A stretch of DNA of 64,000 bases, taken from the NCBI GenBank assembly GCA_002104945.1, contig MCFH01000026.1:62001-126000 (forward strand), read 5' to 3'. This stretch comes from Piromyces finnis finn. Lineage: Eukaryota > Fungi > Neocallimastigomycota. Positions 14,923 to 23,549 of the stretch are shown one piece after another (the first letter of the stretch is position 1; every line of letters begins with the position of its first letter). The translations under genes and the position numbers were made by a program. The notes under the pieces are model-generated. The model had not been told where the DNA came from. It saw only the letters and a program-made list of their open reading frames with translations, and searched no databases.

Positions 14923-17019
14923 ATGAAATTTACAGATTTAGCATCTGCATTACTTTTTGGTACCTATTTTTTTAATACATTTATTAATAAAAAAATTAAA
15001 AAAAAAAATTAAAACTAAATAATAAATTTAATAATATTTAAATATTATCTAGTTACTTTAACAACTGCTCATACTAATTTCATTAAGGATGGCAATCGTG
15101 CCAAACTTTTTGAACTTTTGGATAATGAAGTACCAGATTTCAGAATTACTATTCCTGATGAAGAGTTTGTTCAATTAAAGAATGAAGTTGGTTACCTTAG
15201 CGCTTTAAAAAAGCGTCAATGGGGTGACGGAAACTGGGGTGATGGAAATTTTGATTTTGGAAATTTTGACTTTGGAAATTTCGATTTTGGAGATTTCGAT
15301 TTTGGAGCTTTGGACTTTGGTCAAGAAGATAATTATAAAGTTAAAGATGCTTCTATGATTACTGAAATTAATGGGTAAGAAAAGTTTTATTGAAAACAAA
15401 AATTTATAATTTTTTCTATAATAAAACCAAATAAATTAAATAGTTTTAATTTATAAAAAAAAAAAAATATATTAAATAATAGAAAAAAGAAATCCTTTGA
15501 TAAAGTAACTTTCTCTGTAGGTGGTAGTTCTTCTCGTACCTACGCTAGACAAGCTTTCAATCTTAAGATTCGTAGTAAAGGTGATTTATACGGACGTAAA
15601 CAATTTAGAATTCGTTCTGAAGCTCGTGAAGCTACTCTTTTAAGATCTAAATTAGCTTGTGATATTCATAATTACTTTGGTATGCCATCTATCTCTGCTA
15701 ATTATATTTCATTATATATTAATGATGAATATTGGGGTTTCTATCTTTTAATGGACGCTCCAAAGCCATCTTGGGCTGAATTAGAATATGATGATGAAAA
15801 CACCACTCATATTTACAAATGTAAACAAGGTGGTAATGCTTTAACCTACAAGTCTTGTGCCACTGCATGTGTAAATGAAAATGAAGAAGCTATTGATAAT
15901 TCAGAATGGGAAAGTATTTTAACTGCTCTTGATAATGCTAAATCTGCTGAAGATATTGAAGATATCTTTGATGTTGATCAATTTTTATATGAAATGGCAT
16001 ATGAATATTTATCTGGTTCTTGGGACCACTTCCTTAGTTCTGGTCACAACTTTATTATGTACAAGATGCCAGAAGCATATGGTGGTAAATGGACAATGAT
16101 TCTTTATGATTTTGATGCTGATTTCGGTCAAGATGTTTGTGCTTTAGAATTTATGGGTTCCGTTAAGGACGATAAGGATTATCCAAGTTGGTCATGGAAG
16201 GACTGGAACAACAAGCCACGTCACATTGTTGATATTTTAATTAATAATGATAGAACTCGTTTCACCAAAGTAATGAAGAAGATGATTGATGAAGTTTTTA
16301 ATCCAGAGGTTCTTTTCGAACGTATTGATGAATTAAAGAAATTCATTAAACCATACATCTTAAAGGATAAAACACCTGTAAACGGTAGAATGCCAGGTGT
16401 ACTTAATGAAAAGATTGCTGATGACTATACCATGGCACATTGGGAAGCCAACAGTGAATTTACTAATATTGGTGTTAGTTCATCTAGTTCTGGTTATGGT
16501 TTAAAGTACTGGATTCTTAATAGATACAGAAAGGCTTGTAGTGAATTCAACTTAGATTGTGATGAAAAGTATTTAGATCTTAACTATTATTACGATATTG
16601 ATAGAAGTGTTGAAGGTCCAATTAACACTGAATTTAATATGTTTAACTTTGGACAACAACAACAACCAAAGCCAGAAACTCCAAAAACCACCCAATCCCA
16701 ACCACCAAAACCAACCGCCACTAGTACAACTGTTACACCAACTAGCACTCAAGTATCTAATGATTGTGTTGCTCTTTATTTAGGTTATCCATGTTGTTCA
16801 CCAGACAACACCTATGTTGTATACCAAGATGAAAGTGGTGATTGGGGTGTTGAAAATAATGAATGGTGTGGTATTACAAAGGTCAACTTACCATCATCAA
16901 CATGTTGGTCTGAAAAATTAGGATACCCATGTTGTAAAAAGAACTTCTTTGTTGTTTACACTGACGAAGATGGAGATTGGAGTGTTGAAAACAATGAATG
17001 GTGTGGTATTAACAATTAA
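14923..17019 (+). CDS. cotH: Secreted CotH-family kinase with two C-terminal non-catalytic fungal dockerin (CBM10-like) domains
   Basis: Signal peptide [18 protein letters not shown] (2 introns). CotH motifs [49 protein letters not shown] and [15 protein letters not shown]-rich linker, then two dockerins: GYPCC...[16 protein letters not shown] and [11 protein letters not shown]...[16 protein letters not shown]. Confidence 0.93.
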
Positions 17020-17649
17020 ATAATAAATTAATGATTAAAAAAAATAATAATATAAAATATACATAACACACCATTTTAATTTTAAAAAATATATTCACAC
17101 AAAAAAGTCACAGAATGAAAAATATTTATTTATTATTTATTATACAATTTTCATTATTTATTAAAAATAATAGTAATAATAATATTTAGACCTACATTAT
17201 TAAAGAAAAAAAAAATAAAAATAAAAATAAAAAAATTAAAAATTCTAGTATATATTTACATATATAATATTAACTTGTAAATATTTTAAAAAAAAAAAAA
17301 AAAGTAGTAAGTTATAATGTTATAGTTTTTAATATTATAAAAAAAAAAAAATGTAAAAAATAAAAAAAAAGATATATACAAAAAAGGAAAAATAATATTT
17401 AAAAAAAAAAAAAAAATTTTTTTTTACTATTGTGTTCAAGTGTAAAATCGTGTCAATTTTAATATTATATTAAAATATGTTTTAAATATTAATATAAATT
17501 GTGAAACGTTAAAATATTAAAAATGAATGGAACAAAAAAAAAAAATATTTTCATGCGGTAACTATTGAAAATTGGATTTGCACATCTTTTAAAAAAATAA
17601 CTAATAATAACTTATAAATATAATAATATAAAGTTAACTCTCTATTGAC

Positions 17650-17897
17650 CCCTCTTGGGAACGTGCCTTCATTTATTTAATAAATGTAGTTTCTCAAGGG
17701 GGTCTACTCATGCTCATGGTACTGAGAGAGTAGAAAGAATTAAATCCAAGTATTGCGCAATGGATGCTTGGTGCCCTCTTAGGAATGTGCCTTCATTTAT
17801 TTAATAAATGTAATTTCTCAAGGGGGTCTACTCATGCTCATGGTACTGAGAGAGTAGAAAGAATTAAATCCAAGCATTGCGCAATGGATGCTTGGTT
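17650..17897 (+). repeat. Two tandem 124-bp monomers at the LINE 5' end
   Basis: 17650-17773 and 17774-17897 differ at 4 internal positions (all transitions). Each monomer contains several inverted repeats. Confidence 0.95.
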
Positions 17898-18540
17898 AGT
17901 CTTCAAGGGAAAATTATTAGGACTAAGCTCATGGTACTGAGCGATTAAAAAACATTTTATTCATCAAATTTAAGTATTTGATGAATAAGTGAATGTTTGA
18001 TTTTTCAGGTAAGTTTGTATAGTATTTAATTAGAAGAGTAATACATTTTGTTGCTGTATTTTTTCTTTTATTCATGTATTCATGTAGTACTACTCTTCTC
18101 TTGTAAGAATCCAATGTAGTCAACTTTAGCATTTGCATTGTACTTTTATATTCATGTAGCTATTGTTGTATTGTTTCTTGTAAGAGACTGATTCACTCTA
18201 CATCATGTAAAAATACTATTCACAAGCTTTCTGGTGTCGACATTCTTGATTCAAATTTTTTACCAATTTAAATATTTAATGAAAAGTAAAGTCAAACAAT
18301 TTTAGTGTCAAAAAGCGAATCGAATTTACTAACAACAAACCAAAACTAGAATTTTTAAAGAAAATTTACAACTAGAATTCAAAAAAAAAGAAACTTTAAA
18401 CAAAGCATCGTAACAATTTTTGTACTATCCAGTACTTTTAAGAAGAGAGAGAGAGACAGATTTTTTCCATATACGTTATATTTGTAATTTTTATTAGTAT
18501 TTATTTTATATTCAATATTTTTTAATTAGAATTTATTATC

Positions 18541-21500
18541 ATGTCAGTCCTTTATATTAAAGATAAGAATTATATCAGACGTGGTACCCGGTCTTATGGT
18601 ATCCCCTTAGATGATATTCGCTCCTTCTTTATCCGTGGTATTCGATCATGGTCAGTAAATATGCTATGGGAAAAACTCGAGGTTATTCTAGAAGATAAAT
18701 TTAATTCAGTTATTAGTGTTAAATATTTTCAGACTTTCAATGATCACTTTTTCTTAGTCAAGGTTCATGGTTCATCAAAAGATTGTATTAAAATCTTACA
18801 CATGTTAAAGAAGAAACTTTCAGTTACCTCAATTTCCTTTTCAGCTCGTAGTAGAAGGAATCACAAATACACTTTTTCCACTCTCAAACGTAAAATTTTA
18901 GTTTCTAATAAACATCAACATTCTATTCAACAATTATTTCAACAATCAGTTCAACAATCTCATCAACAATCCGATCTTCAACAAGATCTTCAACAAGATC
19001 TTCAACAAGTTTCCCATCATGAAAATATTCCAGATCTACAGCAAACACAATTTCAATCTCAACATTCAACAATTAATTCTAATAGCTCTATCAACTCTGC
19101 TAACAGTTCAATAGTTGATAGTTCTTCAGTTTCACAGCCATCTAGTAATAGTTCTACTTATTCCTCTGATGCATCATCCATTAATAATGATGACCTTGAT
19201 AATAATAATAACAGCAACGATTCTTCCTCATCCATCAAGCCTGATAACTTTTCTTTTTGTCTTAGTTGGAACACTAATGGGTGGAATCATGAAAAGAGAG
19301 ATAGTATTAGCTATTTCACAGCTATTTTCAAACCATTATTTTTATGTTTCCAAGAAACTGGTAATGGTTCTGGATCGAATACAGATTATCCTTGTCGTGT
19401 TACTTTGCGAAACTATAGACACTTTTTCAAGAAAGCTGATGAATCAGTTCCTGGAATGAGAGGTTTATATTTAGGTTTTCACAATTCGTGTCAAGCCTCA
19501 CTTGAAAACTTCTCTGGAAAGTATATTATTTCTATTTATACTTTTAGTCTCTGGAATAGATTCAAATGCTCGATTGGAAATGTTTATATGCCTCATAGTC
19601 ATCACAACATCTATGTTGATCATGCAAAGTTAGAAGTTCGCTTGTGGTTACAAACTCATTCATCCCATCCATCGATTCTTGTTGGTGATTTTAATATGTC
19701 TAAAGTAAAATTATCCAACTGGTTATCAACTAATGGATTAGGAGATTGGGAAATTCTTCCGCTTAGAGGGTCTACTATCTCTTGGACTCGAGGTGATCAA
19801 TCTTCCGACATTGACCATGCTCTTATCAATTCGAAGATGAAAGATCTTATTCACTCAGGATCATTTATAAATAATTTTTATCCTGTATCAGACCATAAGC
19901 CACTTCTTATTAATGGTAAAATTATTCCTATGGAAGATTTTTCTAATGACTTTAATGTTCCTAAGAAAATTCTGAAATGGAATAGATTAAAATGTATTGA
20001 GGAAAAGGAATCTATTCTCAGTCATAATAAATTCCAAATACTTTCAGCAAAATTCAACGATCCTAATGTTTCAACAGATGAACTTTCCAAAGAGTTTACT
20101 TCAACTGCTTTTTCAATTGCAGACGAGCTCAGTATTACTTCAGCAAATAATGTTATAAAGTCTTCATTTCATATTTCACAACAAATTTTTAATCTTCAAA
20201 AAATCAAAATGAAGTTGTATAAGAGATTTAAAAAAGAAAGAATTTATGATATAGATGAATTTATTAAAAGAATTAAAATCTACCGTAAGCTCATTGATTA
20301 CATCCACAAAAGATGTAATGAATTTAGGAAACAAGAATATCTTCATTGGATTAAAACAGGATGTGAGTATATGAAGAGTCATAATCCTAAGAAGGCCTGG
20401 AAATGGATCAAGAAAACTGCAAAAATTGGAAAAGATTCTTTCTTTATTGCTCAACCAATTAAAAATAAAAATGGAGAATTAGTTGTTGCTACGGAAGAAC
20501 AACTAGAAGTGTGGCATGATCATTTCGAAAATCTTGCATCAGACCCAAGTGGTGTAAGTCTTGATTTGGAGCATTGGTATGAAGAACCAATGAATAAACG
20601 TTTTTCACTTCCTATGCTTGATGAGTGGGATATCAACCAAGATATTAGTATTGATGAAGTCAAGTCAGCTATCCTCTCTACTCCAAATTATAAAGCATCA
20701 GGTCCAGATGGTATTCCAATTGAATTTTACAAAGCATTAATTCCATCAAGTAATGATTCTAATAATGCTACAGGTAATAATTCTTCTGGTAATACTACTT
20801 CAGATAATGACGCTCATGGTTTAAATTTTATTCTTAAATTATTTAACCGTATTTGGGATGGAGATTTCCCCAACTCATGGAATGAATCCAGTATTGTTTC
20901 TATTCCTAAGAAGGGAGATTTGACAGATTGTGATAACTATCGAGGTATATCACTTATCAATAATGGTATTAAGTTGATCTCCAAAATTGTCACCACTAGA
21001 ATCTCAGAATATGGTCTAAAGAATAATTTCATTAGACCTGAACAATTTGGTTTTCGAAAAAAGGAAGAAAGTATCAGTCTTTTCATTTCAATCCAAGAAA
21101 TATGCCGTAGACGTCAATTAGATAATAAAGAGACATATTTGGCCTTTTTAGATCTCAGGAAAGCATACGATTCAGTCCCAATCGGTAATATTCTCCATAA
21201 ATTAGATTGTTTAGGAATCCGAGGTAAGAGTTTACAATTTATCAAAAATTTATATTTAACATCTAAGGCTAATGTCAAATTAGATGGACAATTCTCGAAA
21301 TCTTTTGATGTGAAGAAAGGAGTCCGTCAAGGTTGCCCTCTTTCTCCTATTCTCTTTAATCTCTTTATTAATGATATATTTAAAGAGTGTGAAGATCTCG
21401 GAGTTAGTTTAGGTGACACTCGATGCTGTGGTGGACTTTTTGCAGATGATATAGTTATTTGTGCTCCAACAAGAGGATGCTTAAAAAAGATGCTTAGAAG

Positions 21501-23079
21501 AGTTAATGAATGGGCCTTGTATAATGAAATGGAATTTGGTATCCAGAAATGTTCAACGATGGTGATTCGTCCTGAATCAATAGAAAATCAGAACAAGAGA
21601 GATCCAACATTTTACTTAGCAGGACAACCCATTCCAACTACTGATTGTTATACTTATCTTGGTGTTCCATTTGATAAGAATTTGTCCCTTAAACCAGTAA
21701 TTAAAGTTCTTAATAACAAGGTTTTGAAAGGACTTTTCTCAGTCAGTAAATTCTTAAGAAATCCTAATATTCCTATTCCTTTCAAAAAACTAGTACTTAA
21801 CTCTCAAGTGATTAGCAGAGTTTCATACTTTGCACCATTACTTGGATCCAACAAAGCTAGGTCTAGGATTGCTCAGAAGCATGTTAACAAAGGAATACGA
21901 TGGGTTGCCGGAGTTCATAAAGCCGTATCGTTTATATCTTTATACTCTATCTCAAAAGATTTGAATATTCCTCCATTGTCAGCCAAATGTGCGTTAGCTC
22001 AGGTTAGATGTTTTAACAAATGGAAAAACTCAAATTGTATTATCTCACACCTTGTCAATTACATTCCTAAATTTAGAAAATACACGTGGTGCAAATCAAG
22101 TAGGACACTTGAAAAAAAACTAAAGAAGCATGGAGATGTTAAAGCAGTTAAAAACTTTTATTGGAAAGATCTCAAAGGGAATTCAATCAAAGCGCAATAT
22201 TATGATGATAATAAATTTATTGAAACTAAAGATTTTATTAAATTATGTTATGAGTACCCAGAGTTTGCCTATGGCTTCTACTGGCTATTGAAAGCAAGAA
22301 GCGGATATAAGTTGGATGCTAGAGTTGCCAAAGCTGCTAAATTTGTTGATCCAGTTTGTCCTAACTACTGTCCATGTTGCAAGTGTGGAGATCAAAGTAT
22401 TAAACATTGGTTATTAGATTGTCCAACATTTAGAGATATCCGTATTAAACATTATGATTCCATAGTCCAGCTATTAAATTTTTTCAGTCAACGTAATTCC
22501 AATAGTCCTATCAATAATAATGAAATTGATAATATCAGTAGAGATAGCAATAACAGTAATAGTAATAGTAACAATAATAATTATAACAATAGTAATAATA
22601 ACAATAGTAGTAATAGTAATAATAGAAATAGTAATAATAACAATAGTAGTAATAGAAATAATAATATTAATAATGATAGCAATAGTGAAGATAATAATTC
22701 TAATTTAGATAGTAATTTAGTTAATGATAGTAATAGTTCTAATAATCCGGTGAATATTAATGTGTATGATTATTCTAGTGTGTGCAGTAAAATATTTAAA
22801 TTCCTTCTTGGGGGAAGAAGTTTTAACAATATTAATTACAATTCAAGGGAATGGAAAGAACTTTGTAAGCGTCAGATTCAATCTGGTACTAATGAAGGAA
22901 CACCATTCTTGACGGTAACCGCGGAACTTCTAACCAAAATCATGCCTTTTGCTATTGGCCAGCAATGGTCAATGTTCAAAAGGTTTGAAGCAACATCCAA
23001 GAGCGTCAATGCTGAAGAAACAGTAAGACAGGCCAGGAGGGCCAGCGCAACCAATGGAGATCATAATTTTGTTCCATGA
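18541..23079 (+). CDS. LINE polyprotein: N-terminal RRM-like region, apurinic endonuclease, reverse transcriptase, C-terminal CCHC zinc knuckle
   Basis: APE: LSWNTNG, CFQET, NVYMP, LVGDFN, DIDHAL, SDHKP. RT: KASGPDGIP, IPKKGD..NYRGISL, QFGFR, FLDLRKAYDSV, GVRQGCPLSPILFN, FADD, YTYLG. Zinc knuckle: CPCCKCGDQSIKHWLLDC. Confidence 0.97.
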   Translation: MSVLYIKDKNYIRRGTRSYGIPLDDIRSFFIRGIRSWSVNMLWEKLEVILEDKFNSVISVKYFQTFNDHFFLVKVHGSSKDCIKILHMLKKKLSVTSISFSARSRRNHKYTFSTLKRKILVSNKHQHSIQQLFQQSVQQSHQQSDLQQDLQQDLQQVSHHENIPDLQQTQFQSQHSTINSNSSINSANSSIVDSSSVSQPSSNSSTYSSDASSINNDDLDNNNNSNDSSSSIKPDNFSFCLSWNTNGWNHEKRDSISYFTAIFKPLFLCFQETGNGSGSNTDYPCRVTLRNYRHFFKKADESVPGMRGLYLGFHNSCQASLENFSGKYIISIYTFSLWNRFKCSIGNVYMPHSHHNIYVDHAKLEVRLWLQTHSSHPSILVGDFNMSKVKLSNWLSTNGLGDWEILPLRGSTISWTRGDQSSDIDHALINSKMKDLIHSGSFINNFYPVSDHKPLLINGKIIPMEDFSNDFNVPKKILKWNRLKCIEEKESILSHNKFQILSAKFNDPNVSTDELSKEFTSTAFSIADELSITSANNVIKSSFHISQQIFNLQKIKMKLYKRFKKERIYDIDEFIKRIKIYRKLIDYIHKRCNEFRKQEYLHWIKTGCEYMKSHNPKKAWKWIKKTAKIGKDSFFIAQPIKNKNGELVVATEEQLEVWHDHFENLASDPSGVSLDLEHWYEEPMNKRFSLPMLDEWDINQDISIDEVKSAILSTPNYKASGPDGIPIEFYKALIPSSNDSNNATGNNSSGNTTSDNDAHGLNFILKLFNRIWDGDFPNSWNESSIVSIPKKGDLTDCDNYRGISLINNGIKLISKIVTTRISEYGLKNNFIRPEQFGFRKKEESISLFISIQEICRRRQLDNKETYLAFLDLRKAYDSVPIGNILHKLDCLGIRGKSLQFIKNLYLTSKANVKLDGQFSKSFDVKKGVRQGCPLSPILFNLFINDIFKECEDLGVSLGDTRCCGGLFADDIVICAPTRGCLKKMLRRVNEWALYNEMEFGIQKCSTMVIRPESIENQNKRDPTFYLAGQPIPTTDCYTYLGVPFDKNLSLKPVIKVLNNKVLKGLFSVSKFLRNPNIPIPFKKLVLNSQVISRVSYFAPLLGSNKARSRIAQKHVNKGIRWVAGVHKAVSFISLYSISKDLNIPPLSAKCALAQVRCFNKWKNSNCIISHLVNYIPKFRKYTWCKSSRTLEKKLKKHGDVKAVKNFYWKDLKGNSIKAQYYDDNKFIETKDFIKLCYEYPEFAYGFYWLLKARSGYKLDARVAKAAKFVDPVCPNYCPCCKCGDQSIKHWLLDCPTFRDIRIKHYDSIVQLLNFFSQRNSNSPINNNEIDNISRDSNNSNSNSNNNNYNNSNNNNSSNSNNRNSNNNNSSNRNNNINNDSNSEDNNSNLDSNLVNDSNSSNNPVNINVYDYSSVCSKIFKFLLGGRSFNNINYNSREWKELCKRQIQSGTNEGTPFLTVTAELLTKIMPFAIGQQWSMFKRFEATSKSVNAEETVRQARRASATNGDHNFVP

Positions 23080-23313
23080 CAAAATTTTGATCTTTGGCTC
23101 GGTGTCCCATTGGAAGTCAAATACAATTATTATACTTTAGTATGATAGTGGCTTTCTTACTTTAATTAAAATTACTAGAATACATTATACCCAATTTTTA
23201 TTCATTTGTGTTTATTAAACATATTTTTTTTTATTTTTATTTATTTTTAATTTTTTATTACATGTATTATAATTTTAATTAAATTAATAATAAAGTTTAA
23301 AATATTTGATGCC

Positions 23314-23387
<74 letters not shown>

Positions 23388-23497
23388 TATTGATTTTATA
23401 TCCCTTAAATTTCAGATATTTTATAGTAATATTAATAATTCATATAATAGTAATATAATCTTTAGAAGTAATAATATCAAAGATAATATTTTAAAGT

Positions 23498-23549
23498 TAA
23501 TAATAAAGTTTAAAATATTTGATGCCGTTAAAAAAAAAAAAAAAAAAAA
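23498..23549 (+). mobile_element. Extremely 5'-truncated LINE copy (3'-terminal ~33 nt plus poly(A)) with its own 13-bp TSD
   Basis: ttaataataaagtttaaaatatttgatgccgtt at 23497-23529 is identical to the LINE 3' end (23284-23316) and is followed by about 20 A. It is flanked by aatattttaaagt at 23485-23497 and 23550-23562. Confidence 0.88.

Larger units (their letters stand above)
17649..23380 (+). mobile_element. Full-length non-LTR retrotransposon (LINE, APE-type) with poly(A) tail and 13-bp target-site duplication
   Basis: TSD aactctctattga at 17636-17648 and 23381-23393. Poly(A) 23317-23382. One intact 1512-aa ORF and about 890 bp of 5' UTR with tandem monomers. Confidence 0.95.

Noticed and set aside
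17773-17870. HDV-like ribozyme in the LINE 5' monomer (GCCCUCU/AGGGGGU with a G-U first pair)
   Set aside because: There is no P3/L3 with CC for P1.1, no catalytic C in the strand after the P4-like stem, and no P2 partner. It is kept only as an unassigned structured RNA.
17929-18138. 69-aa antisense ORF in the LINE 5' UTR (ORF0-like)
   Set aside because: Short, without motifs, and of a length expected by chance; it cannot be supported without conservation data.
23011-23050. Hammerhead ribozyme (CUGAAGA core-like sequence with a nearby GUC)
   Set aside because: There is no stem I between GUC and CUGAAGA and no GAAA after a stem II. The bases fit a simple hairpin instead.
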